Shown: positions 18,574-28,654, counted from the stretch's first letter. The stretch is 64,000 nucleotides of DNA from Thermomicrobiales bacterium (GCA_042408955.1 JBHOQQ010000070.1:3795-67794); one strand, 5' to 3'. Numbers and translations: made by a program. Notes: a model not told the origin generated them from the letters alone.

Positions 18574-19892
18574 CGGCCATCGATCCGATCACGTTTGAGG
18601 TCCTGCGCAACGCCTTCGTCGAAGTGACCGAGGAGATGTCAGTCGCGCTGCGGCGGAGCGCCTATTCGACGAACATCAAAACCCGCGCCGATTTCTCCTG
18701 CCCCCTCTTCGACCACGACCTGCAAACCGTTGCCCAGGCATTCACCCAGGCGAATCACCTCGGTTCGCTAGCAGAGATGGTGCCGCGCGTCGTCCGTGAA
18801 TTCGGTCCGGAGCGGCTTGGTCCGGGCGATAGCCTGATCTGCAACGATCCGTATCGGGGCGGTGCTCACCTCAACGACGTGCTGCTCATCATGCCGGTGT
18901 TCCACGATGGGCAGATCCTGGCGTATGTCGCCAACTTCGCCAACCATGTGGATGTCGTCGGCTGATCACCAACGATTATTGGCGTTTTCATTTATACTTA
19001 TCAGTATATCTTGATACAATCGCCGTTTCATCTTCTCCAAGGCGGAACGCTTGTCGAGGATGTCTTCCGGCTAGTCCTGGCGCAGGTGCGCGCCAAGCGC
19101 GAGACGGCGGGCGATTTTCGCGCCCAGATTGCGGCGAACTTGACCGGCGCGCGTCGCTTGCAGGCGATCGTTCAGCAGCATGGGGCGGAGACAGTCCGCG
19201 CGTGCATGCAAGAGCTGCTGGCGTACACCGAGCGGCGGACCCGCACCGAGCTCCAGCGGCTGCCGCGCGGCACCTATCGCGCTGACGGCGTCATTGATAG
19301 CGATGGATTCACTGACAAGCCGGTGCGGCTTGCCGGGGCGATTACGATTGATGACTACGGCGTCTGCTTCGACCTAAGCGGCTGCGATCAGCAGCGGTCA
19401 GCGCCCGTCAATGCCACCTCCTCGCAGACCTTCTCGGCCTGCGCCTACGTGCTGAAATGCCTGATCGACCCGGACATCCCCGTCAACGCCGGGTTCGACC
19501 GCCACGTGCGCATGATCGCGCCGGAGGGGACGGTGGTGCATGCTCGGCATCCGGTGCCAGTGGTGGGCGGGTGGGAGGTCAATTCGCGCCTGACCGATGT
19601 GCTACTGGCCGCGCTGGCCCCGGCGTTGCCTGACCTGATTCCCGCCGGCACCAAGGGGATGATTTGTCACGCCGGGTTTGGCGGCGCCGAGCCGCGCCGG
19701 GGCGAGTATTACTGCTTCCTGGAAACGCTGTTTGGCGGCTACGGGGTGCGCGGTGGCAGCGACGGCCCGGACGCAGTGCAGGCGCACGTCCAAAACACGG
19801 AAAACGCCCCAGTAGAGGAAACCGAAGGCAACTATCACGTACGCATCATTCGCTACGAGCTGGTCAACGACTCCGAGGGGGCCGGAACCTAG
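18570..19892 (+). pseudogene. Hydantoinase B/oxoprolinase-family gene (hyuB-like), broken by in-frame TGA and 3'-truncated
   Basis: ORFs 18570..18965 and 19011..19892 are in the same frame, separated only by TGA 18963-18965 inside the conserved H-x-D-x-GG motif (HVDVVG*). An AT-rich in-frame patch follows. The protein ends at ...DSEGAGT, where family members continue. Confidence 0.75.
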
Positions 19893-21365
19893 CCGCCATC
19901 TGGCCGGACGTCGGCCCCATCCGCAACTATTTCCACCACATCCGCGAAGGTGGGGCGATGTGCCTGCACATGTTCGGCGCGCAATTCCTCCACGCCTTCG
20001 ACGCCCAGGAATTGCAAGACGATCCGGTGGCCAAGCTCGCCTTCGAACGGGAGATGGCCCGCCTGCGCGATTGGGTCTGGCAGACGCCATTCAAGCGAGG
20101 CGCCCCTTGCCAAGGTACCGGGGTTGGAGGAGACGCTCTTCAACTACTACACGCGCGGCGAGTACGACGACTGGTGGGGCGCGCCGTTCAACGACTTCGA
20201 GCGCTATTTCGACCGCCACCGCGACTGTCCTGGCACGTTCAGCAGCGGCTGGTATGACCCGTACGCCGTCGCCACCACCCGCCACTACGCGGCGATGGCG
20301 GCCAAGAATTCGACCCCGCAGCGGCTGCTGGTCGGCCCGTAGACGCACGAGGCCATGCGCCAGGACGTTTCCTATGCTGGCGATGTTGACTTCGGCCCGG
20401 ACTCGGTACTCGGGAACGCTGGGTACAACGCCTTGCGCTTGCGCTGGTTCGACCGCTGGCTGCTCGATATCCCGAACGGCGTCGAGGATGACCCGCCGGT
20501 TCGCATCTTCGTCATGGGTGGGGGCAGCGGCCGCAAGACGATCAAGGGGAAGCTGGATCATGGCGGCTTCTGGCGGATCGAGCGGGAATGGCCACTCGCG
20601 CGCACCCGCCACGTGACATACTATCTGCGCCAGGGCAACCGCCTCTTACCAGAGCCGCCACAGGAGACGGAAGCCTGGTGCTCCTACGTTTATGACCCCG
20701 ACCACCTGGTACCGACGATCTCCGCGAACGTGACCGGCTTCTTCGAGCTTGTCCCAATCGCCGAGGGCGTGGAGGAGGCAGCGCGCGCGTTCGTCCCCTG
20801 GCGTGCGCGGATGCGCAGCATCGTGTTGCCGGGCGGCTCGCACCAGCGGGAAGCACCGGGCATCGTCGGCGCCCGCCCGCCCTATCCCCTGCTGGCGCAC
20901 CGGCCGAATGTGCTGGTGTTCCAAACCGAGTCGCTAACCGAGCCGGTCGAGGTCACCGGGCCGATGGAGGTCGTGCTCTGGGTCGCCTCCTCCGCGCCAG
21001 ACACCGATTTCACCGCCAAGTTCATCGATGTCTACCCTCCAAATGAGGATTATCCGGAGGGATATCATCTCAACCTGGCTGACTCCATCATCCGCTGCCG
21101 GTACCGGAACGGCTGGGACCACGCCGAATTCATGGAGCCAGGGCAGGTGTACCGCGTTCAGATCGCGCTGCCGCCGATCAGCAACCGGTTCATGCCGGGG
21201 CACCGCATCCGCTTGGATATCTCCAGCAGCAACTTCCCTCGGTTCGATCTCAACCCGAACACCGGTGAGCCGATGGGCCGGCACATGTCTACCCAAAAGG
21301 CACGCAACACCGTCTTTTTCGATCAATCGCGCCCGTCGTACATCATCCTGCCCATCATTGATTGA
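19893..21365 (+). pseudogene. CocE/NonD-family (X-Pro dipeptidyl-peptidase S15-like) hydrolase remnant
   Basis: The N-terminal alpha/beta-hydrolase part is missing. The frame switches near 20095-20110 (..WQTPFKRGAP | PLAKVPGLEE..). In-frame TAG 20340-20342 replaces the W of the family motif GPW-x-H (LLVGP*THE). The intact-looking C-terminal domain runs 20355-21365. Confidence 0.75.
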
Positions 21366-21473
21366 CACGGAGGCAACATCTGAAGGGTTCACTCAATTGG
21401 GACGAGGCCGCGAAGCATGCTAGATTGCGTGCAGGACGGAGTAGACCGCGCCTAGCGGTCACAGGGAGCACGC

Positions 21474-23066
21474 ATGCGGCGCATCCGCTGGAAACTTCTC
21501 GCTTGGTGCATGGGAATCCTGGTGGCGACCGCCGGGCTGGCCACGCTGGCACCGGCTCGCGCCCATCAGGACGATGCAGCGTTCTCCTTGACCATCGGCA
21601 CCGCGCTCTGCGATGCGGAGCCCACGTCCGGCCTAGCGAACGCTGCCTGCCGCGCCGCGCCCGGCATCACCGTGCGAGTCCTAGCGGAAGACGGAACAGC
21701 GCTCGGCGCCTGCGTCACTGGTGGCGCCGACCCAGCGATGGCCCGGTGCACCGTGCCCGTCCCATACGATACCCGGCTGCTCATCTACGAAGATGAGACG
21801 ACGGTGCCACCCGGCTACGGCCCGCGAGCCAACCCGCTTTCAGCCGTCTCGCCAACGCGGGGCGTTTCCTCCAGCGAGACGCAAGATCTCCTCTTCGTCA
21901 ACCTGCCCAGAACGGCGCCTGGAACTCTCCAGCAGGTACCGGTCATCGTCGCCGCTTATGCCTGTCCGAATCCGGCAGCAGCGCTTGATACCTGTGACGC
22001 CCTGTCCGGAGTGGCGATCACCGTCGAGATTGACGGCGTTGAAATGGACGGCAGCCCGCTGATCACCAGCCGGCAGGAGGATGGCAGCCAGGCTGCCATC
22101 TTCGTCGCTCCACCAGACGCCACGCTAACGCTAACGGAGAGCAGCGGCTTGCCGGATGGCCTGGTGCCGGAGGAAGAGTCCGCACCTCGCGTCGTTGACG
22201 TGGCAGATCTTGAGCGGCGCGCTTGCGACCGGCCCGTTCTGTGCGCTTTTGTCGCCCTGATCAATGTGCCGACCGACGGAACGACGCCAGCCGCCAGTCC
22301 AGAAGCGCCAATCACGCCAACAGCCAGCCCCACACAGACGGGCACCGCGATGGCTGGTCCAGCGCCGCAGGCAATCGCCGTCCACGTCCATGCCGGGACG
22401 TGCGCCCGCCTGGCGAAGTCGCCGCGCTATGACTTGCCCGATCTGGTGATCGCCGGGCCGCCCACCGAGGGCGCGGCTGAGGCAAGCCCGGCGATTGTCT
22501 CCGCTGGCGCGGTGGACCTGAGCCTCGACGATCTCTTGGCGGCGCCGCACGCCATCAACCTGCATTTGCGGAGCTTGCCAGGCGAGATGATCGTTGCCTG
22601 CGGCGAAATTGGGGGCACGCGGCTGGCGGATGGCTCCCTGGCGTTCGGCTTGCGGGAGATGCTCGGCTCCGGATACATGGGCGTAGCGCACCTCGTGCCG
22701 GATTCCAACGGCGACGAGCGCACCCACGTAACGGTCTATCTCGCCGCGCATCTAGCAGAGGCAGCGCGCGGTGTTGCACCAGGCGATGGCACCGGCGGCC
22801 CGACAACCGCTGGTTCCACCGGGGAAGACATCTTTGTACCGACGCATCAGTCTAATCCTGATCTGGCGGTGAATTTCCGGCCGGCGCCGAGCCTCGACAC
22901 GGTTCCAGTCGCGATTTTGGATCCGGGGACGCTGATTCAGTTCCTAGGAGAGACGGTGACAGACGCGGACGGCTGGCGATGGTATCGCTTTCGGCTGGAA
23001 GATGGCCGGACCGGCTGGCTGCGAGAAGGGACGTTCATACCACTTGAGGAGGGAGAGGGGACATGA
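21474..23066 (+). CDS. Secreted multidomain protein: two Cys-bracketed beta modules, HxHxGxC domain, C-terminal SH3b
   Basis: Signal peptide LLAWCMGILVATAGLATLAPARA. P/T-rich linkers. The domain at 22371-22755 is paralogous to 38641..39225. SH3b tail DGWRWYRFRLEDGRTGWLREG. SD GGGAG. Confidence 0.75.
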   Translation: MRRIRWKLLAWCMGILVATAGLATLAPARAHQDDAAFSLTIGTALCDAEPTSGLANAACRAAPGITVRVLAEDGTALGACVTGGADPAMARCTVPVPYDTRLLIYEDETTVPPGYGPRANPLSAVSPTRGVSSSETQDLLFVNLPRTAPGTLQQVPVIVAAYACPNPAAALDTCDALSGVAITVEIDGVEMDGSPLITSRQEDGSQAAIFVAPPDATLTLTESSGLPDGLVPEEESAPRVVDVADLERRACDRPVLCAFVALINVPTDGTTPAASPEAPITPTASPTQTGTAMAGPAPQAIAVHVHAGTCARLAKSPRYDLPDLVIAGPPTEGAAEASPAIVSAGAVDLSLDDLLAAPHAINLHLRSLPGEMIVACGEIGGTRLADGSLAFGLREMLGSGYMGVAHLVPDSNGDERTHVTVYLAAHLAEAARGVAPGDGTGGPTTAGSTGEDIFVPTHQSNPDLAVNFRPAPSLDTVPVAILDPGTLIQFLGETVTDADGWRWYRFRLEDGRTGWLREGTFIPLEEGEGT

Positions 23067-23608
23067 CGACCGGTGATGCGACTCCATCCACCTTGCCCAC
23101 CTTCGTCCGGAAGCGACCGAACCGGCTGCTGCGCATCGGCTTTCGCGTGCCAGTCTATCTGTACTGGGGACCGATTGCAGAACTCCTGCGCTCGCGCTGT
23201 GTGCTCAAGCTGACGACCACCGGCCGGAAGAGTGGCCGGCCACGCACCACCTGCGTCAGCTTTATGCCCGATGGAGATCACTACATCGTGTTCTCCGGCT
23301 TCGGCGTGCGCTCGCACTGGTATCAGAACATTCTGGCCAACCCGAAGGTGACGGTGCAGGTGGGCAGGAAGCGCTTTTCGGCCACGGCGCGGGTGGTGGA
23401 AGATCCGGCCCGGCGAAAGGAGCTGATGCTGCGGATGCGCGACCGCTCACAGCGCTGCGGCCCGCCAGTGTGGCTCCGGCCCGTGTTGCGGGCGATCCGA
23501 GCGTTTGACTACGACCAGGAGATCCGGCTGGCGGTGGAGAACGCGGAGATTTTGCCGGTTGTAGAGCTAGTTCCGAACAAGGCAGCTGATACCACGTCAA
23601 CCCAGTGA
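23063..23608 (+). CDS. Deazaflavin (F420H2)-dependent nitroreductase-family oxidoreductase (Ddn-like)
   Basis: LKLTTTGRKSGRPRTTCVSF, DGDHYIVFSGFG, HWYQNILANPKVTVQVG. The ATG overlaps the upstream stop (ATGA). Confidence 0.8.
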   Translation: MTTGDATPSTLPTFVRKRPNRLLRIGFRVPVYLYWGPIAELLRSRCVLKLTTTGRKSGRPRTTCVSFMPDGDHYIVFSGFGVRSHWYQNILANPKVTVQVGRKRFSATARVVEDPARRKELMLRMRDRSQRCGPPVWLRPVLRAIRAFDYDQEIRLAVENAEILPVVELVPNKAADTTSTQ

Positions 23609-23790
23609 ACCGAGCCGGCTACCGAGTAATGGCGTTCCGCATTACACCGGAGCGAAGCTGAGCGTCACGCTCATCGAGCCGCTGCTGGCGGAACGTCGCT
23701 TCCACCGGGTGCTCGCGGCCTGGACCACCATGGCCTTTGATGGCGCCTCCACGCCCCTCGGGCGCTCGCATCTCTAGCCAGACTGGTGTC

Positions 23791-24150
23791 CTATGATGCC
23801 GCCCGCGTGAAGCGCTCGATCGCCTGGGAGAGCTCTACCAGGAGCTCTTCTTGGTCGGTATGGTTGTGATCGCAGGAGCCAAGGACGCAACCGCGGATGT
23901 GGTCGTCTAGCACCATCAACCCGACCGCTCGCGCCGCCGAGATGATGGCCGAAAGCTGCGTGAGCACGTCAATGCAAGACGCATCGCTTTCCACCATCCG
24001 CTGCACGCCGCGCACTTGCCCTTCCAGCCGGCGCAACCGGGTCAGAATCTGCTGCTTGTCCTTGGCATAGGAGGTCGACCGGCGCCGGGGCTCCCCGGCC
24101 GGCGACTCTTCAGTGGTAGCTGGCGCAACCGTCTGTTCCATACCTGGCAT
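23791..24150 (-). CDS. csoR: CsoR/RcnR-family metal-sensing repressor (Cys-His-Cys fingerprint)
   Basis: ILTRLRRLEGQVRGVQRMV, ASCIDVLTQLSAI, DDHIRGC (C...H-x3-C). The true start may be ATG 24141, making the mRNA leaderless (see promoter feature). Confidence 0.85.
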   Translation of the reverse strand: MPGMEQTVAPATTEESPAGEPRRRSTSYAKDKQQILTRLRRLEGQVRGVQRMVESDASCIDVLTQLSAIISAARAVGLMVLDDHIRGCVLGSCDHNHTDQEELLVELSQAIERFTRAAS

Positions 24151-24177
24151 GATACCCCCTTAGGGTACTGCGCGCAA
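24149..24177 (-). promoter_or_regulatory. csoR promoter with operator in the spacer
   Basis: On the minus strand: TTGCGC (24177-24172), 17 nt spacer, TATCAT (24154-24149). The spacer contains the inverted repeat TACCC-N5-GGGTA (24153-24167), a G/C-tract CsoR-type site. The predicted transcription start falls at about the A of ATG 24141. Confidence 0.5.
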
Positions 24178-24344
24178 GAGCACCCCGGCTCTTGTCTGGC
24201 AGCCCAGCCGCGATCGACCACCAGTCGTGCCGATCATGTCGCCGCCGCGTGGTTGTCCCAGCGAACGAGTTCAGCCACGAGCCGCGCGGAAAGGGATTAT
24301 CCTTCCGCGCGACGAACACGGGAGTTGGCTGACTGGAGCACGTC

Positions 24345-24986
24345 ATGACCCTGCCAAACACATCGACATTGCTTGTCTTTGTTTTCGCCGCGCTGGCGCT
24401 GCTGCTGATACCTGGACCAGCGGTGCTCTACATCGTCGCGCGTGGCGTCCAGCAGGGACGAGCAGCGGGAGTGGTGTCGGCGCTCGGCGTCGGCGCAGGG
24501 GGAGTGATGCACGTCCTGGCTGCTACAGCCGGTCTTTCGGCGCTGCTCCTCTCCTCGGCCCTCGCCTTCTCGGTCGTGAAATATCTTGGCGCGGCCTATT
24601 TACTGGTTCTCGGTATCCGCACGCTGCTCGGTGCCGGCAGCGCATCAGCACTGGCGGAGCCAGCGCCGGTGCGGCTGTGGCGAGTCTTCGCCCAAGGCGC
24701 CATCGTCAACGTGCTCAATCCCAAGGTGGCGCTGTTCTTCTTCGCCTTCCTGCCGCAATTTGTCGATCCATCCAGGGGAGATGTAACCAGCCAGTTGCTC
24801 TTCTTCGGCTGCCTGTATGTCACGCTCGGCATCATGAGCGACAGTGCCTACGGATTGCTCGCCGGGACAGCCGGGCACTGGCTGAGGGCACGGCCACGGT
24901 TCCTGCGCCGGCAGCGCCTGGTCTCGGGCAGCATCTACATTGGCCTGGGGATGACAGCCGCGCTCACCGGCTCGCGCAAGCCCTGA
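24345..24986 (+). CDS. LysE/RhtB-family amino-acid exporter
   Basis: Six hydrophobic segments, LIPGPAVLYIVARG, NPKVALFFFAFLPQF. SD GGAG. Confidence 0.85.
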   Translation: MTLPNTSTLLVFVFAALALLLIPGPAVLYIVARGVQQGRAAGVVSALGVGAGGVMHVLAATAGLSALLLSSALAFSVVKYLGAAYLLVLGIRTLLGAGSASALAEPAPVRLWRVFAQGAIVNVLNPKVALFFFAFLPQFVDPSRGDVTSQLLFFGCLYVTLGIMSDSAYGLLAGTAGHWLRARPRFLRRQRLVSGSIYIGLGMTAALTGSRKP

Positions 24987-24995
24987 CTGCCCGGC

Positions 24996-25523
24996 TTAGG
25001 CGATCGTGCGGCGGGAGGTGATGACGCCGGTATTCATGCCAACCAGGTTCAACCCGCCGAAGAAGCGCGCATGCTCGATCTTGACGCAGCGGTTCATCAC
25101 CACATCCAGGCCAGCCTGCCTTGCCCGGCGCGCTGCCTCCTCGTTGACGATGCCCAATTGCATCCAGACCACCTTCGCGCCGATTGCAATCGCCTCCTCG
25201 ACGATCGGCGGCACGTCCTCCGCCCGCCGGAAGATGTCCACAATCTCCACAGGCCGCGGGATATCCCGCAGCGAGGCATAGACCGGCTGGCCGAGGATCG
25301 TCTTGCCAGCCAGGCGGGGATTGACCGGGATGATGTCGTAGCCCCACGACTGCATATAGATCGCCGCGAAGTGGCTGGGCCGGTAGGGATCATCAGACAA
25401 CCCGACCATCGCGATCGTCTTGTAGGTCGTCAAGATCCGCAGCCGCTCGTAGGCGCCCGCCGTGGCAACCGGCGCCTCCGCCAGCCATGGCACGGCACAG
25501 CTTTCCACCTGCATCTCCGTCAC
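24996..25523 (-). CDS. CoA-binding domain protein (YccU/YneT-like)
   Basis: IAMVGLSDDPYRPSH and GYDIIPVNP. GTG 25523 follows GAGGAGGG. Confidence 0.8.
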   Translation of the reverse strand: MTEMQVESCAVPWLAEAPVATAGAYERLRILTTYKTIAMVGLSDDPYRPSHFAAIYMQSWGYDIIPVNPRLAGKTILGQPVYASLRDIPRPVEIVDIFRRAEDVPPIVEEAIAIGAKVVWMQLGIVNEEAARRARQAGLDVVMNRCVKIEHARFFGGLNLVGMNTGVITSRRTIA

Positions 25524-25554
25524 CGTTGCGCCCTCCTCTCAAGCTGACGGCAGG

Positions 25555-26934
<1,380 letters not shown>

Positions 26935-26991
26935 TCATCACCTCCACAACCGCCGTCAACCATCAGGGGCTAGCCGGTAGCCGGTAGGAGT

Positions 26992-27151
26992 GGACGCGAA
27001 TCATGGCGCCCCGACAACCCCTGACGGCTGATTGCCAACGGCCGGAAACTCGAAGCTCGTCGCTCGAAGCTCGTAGCTCACCGCTTCCCTGCCCCCCGAC
27101 TCCTGACCCCCGACCCCTCCCTAGCCCCCAGCCCCTAACCCCTAGCCCCTA
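26992..27151 (-). repeat. Composite intergenic repeat, copy 2 (inverted relative to copy 1)
   Basis: Read on the minus strand. The G-run array (27148-27087) is CTAGGGGCTAGGGGTTAGGGGCTGGGGGCTAGGGAGGGGTCGGGGGTCAGGAGTCGGGGGGCAGGG. The GAGCT(A/T)CGAGCTTCGAG block is at 27079-27049. CAGCCGTCAGGGGTTGTCGGGGCGCCATGATTCGCGTCC is at 27030-26992. Module order is the same as in copy 1. Confidence 0.85.
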
Positions 27152-27694
27152 GATTTGGCCAGCCTGCGCAGCCACAAACGATAGCTCCATAACCGGCGAT
27201 TGTCGCAGCGTCGAGGCTACCACGCAGTAGCGTTCGGCCCGCTGCTTGAGCCGCTCGAGCCGGTCCGGCGGAGCATCGGCCACGATGCGGATCTCTGTCC
27301 GGATCCGCTGGAATCCTACCGGCACCTCCGGGTCAATCCCCATCGTGCCACGGAAGTCCATATCGCCGTGGACAGTTACCTCCACCTGCTCAAGCCTGAT
27401 GCCCATTGCCGCGGCGACCATCCGCAGCGTGATTTCTTGGCAGGCTGCCAGTGAGGCCAGCAGCAAATCGCCTGAGCAGGGCACGTCGCCCAGCCCGCCA
27501 GCGTACGGGTGGGCACCGACATCCCAGCTTACGCCGCCACTCGCTTCGGTGGTGATTCTGGCGCGTGTGGGATCGTCGCCGGGCGTTGTGCTGCACACCG
27601 TGATCGTCAATTGCGCCGACTCGGGCTCGCGCTGGTAGCGCTCTTTGAGCGGAGCCTGCCGCTCCCGCAACGTCTGCGTTTGCGTTACCGTCAC
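27149..27694 (-). CDS. OsmC/Ohr-family peroxiredoxin-like protein
   Basis: VPCSGDLLLASLAACQEIT and AERYCVV. GTG 27694 follows AGAGGAGA and avoids the 38-nt overlap with trx implied by the ORF-track start. Confidence 0.8.
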   Translation of the reverse strand: MTVTQTQTLRERQAPLKERYQREPESAQLTITVCSTTPGDDPTRARITTEASGGVSWDVGAHPYAGGLGDVPCSGDLLLASLAACQEITLRMVAAAMGIRLEQVEVTVHGDMDFRGTMGIDPEVPVGFQRIRTEIRIVADAPPDRLERLKQRAERYCVVASTLRQSPVMELSFVAAQAGQI

Positions 27695-27716
27695 CGGTCC
27701 ATCTCCTCTGGCCCGC

Positions 27717-28115
27717 CTAGGCCGCGTTGACGATTTGCTCCCGAAGACGGTCACGGTCTGTCAGACCGCCATTGATGGCGACGATCCGGCCATCAGGCGC
27801 GGCGATCACCGTCGTCGGAACCACCAGCACACCGAACTGCCGCGCTAGGTCGGGAGCCACCGTCGCGTCGAGGTGCTCGATCTGAATCCGGCCATTCATC
27901 TCGGCCACCACCTGCTCAAGGATACGCTTTTGCACCGCGCAGGCGCTGCAGCCAGGACCGGAGAACGCGAGGATGCGCGGTAGCGGCGCAGTTGCCGGAA
28001 GATGAGTGAGGCGCCGCACGCGCTGATAGTGCCATTGAACAAGAGCACGGATGAGGGTTCCAGCCAGGGCGATACTCCCCAGGAGAAGGAAGGTAAGGAG
28101 AAGGCGGTCACTCAC
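27717..28115 (-). CDS. Membrane-anchored thioredoxin-fold protein
   Basis: N-terminal TM helix and GPGCSAC (CxxC) active site. The GTG start overlaps the upstream stop (GTGA). Confidence 0.8.
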   Translation of the reverse strand: MSDRLLLTFLLLGSIALAGTLIRALVQWHYQRVRRLTHLPATAPLPRILAFSGPGCSACAVQKRILEQVVAEMNGRIQIEHLDATVAPDLARQFGVLVVPTTVIAAPDGRIVAINGGLTDRDRLREQIVNAA

Positions 28116-28579
28116 GCCTGGCTCCTCCTACCGAGTCCCAGCCGGTGGAGTTGGTAGAAAAGGAAGCAGCCGGCGCAGAAGCCGAAAAGAAGGTTGATCA
28201 GCGCCAGCGCGGCGACGATCCAGGCCAGCACCCAGCCCAGGGTAGTGATCTCAGCAAAGAGCGCGCCGGCTGCCAAGATCAGCACGGTCGCGCCAAGCGC
28301 TTGGGCAAAGCGGTGAGGCGCAGGATCGTCCGGGCGCGGCTTGGCTGGGATAAGACCCGCCGCCCGCACGACGTAACGATAGAACAACTGAAAAGGCCCA
28401 TAGCCCGGCAGCGCCGCGCCAATAGCCAGGGACACGCCCGCCACGAGGATCAGCCAGGCGCCCGCCGCGTTGCCGAGCACGAACGCGAGCGTCACGAACG
28501 CGATGATCAGCGCTTGATTCGTTCGCAGCCCGTTGACGTCCACGCGTGGCGTATCTGCTTGCATCGTTGTTGCTGTCAT
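28112..28579 (-). CDS. DUF4395-like membrane protein
   Basis: Four hydrophobic segments and the C-terminal FGFCAGCFLFYQL that I recall for DUF4395. SD AGGAG. Confidence 0.65.
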   Translation of the reverse strand: MTATTMQADTPRVDVNGLRTNQALIIAFVTLAFVLGNAAGAWLILVAGVSLAIGAALPGYGPFQLFYRYVVRAAGLIPAKPRPDDPAPHRFAQALGATVLILAAGALFAEITTLGWVLAWIVAALALINLLFGFCAGCFLFYQLHRLGLGRRSQA

Positions 28580-28625
28580 GGCTCACTCCTGCCTGGCAAA
28601 AGTGGAGTTCTTGACCATTAACTGC

Positions 28626-28654
28626 ATTATGCGCGTACTGGCAGGATGATGCAA
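28626..28654 (-). promoter_or_regulatory. Promoter of the DUF4395-trx-osmC operon
   Basis: On the minus strand: TTGCAT (28654-28649), 17 nt spacer, CATAAT (28631-28626), about 40 nt upstream of ATG 28579. Confidence 0.55.

Noticed and set aside
18966-19040. AT-rich patch in hyuB as a MITE/IS remnant or outward-facing promoter
   Set aside because: It has no terminal inverted repeats or target duplication. Candidate -35/-10 pairs (TTTTCA-16-TATCTT; TACAAT) have poor spacing or sequence. It is kept only as an unexplained patch in the findings.
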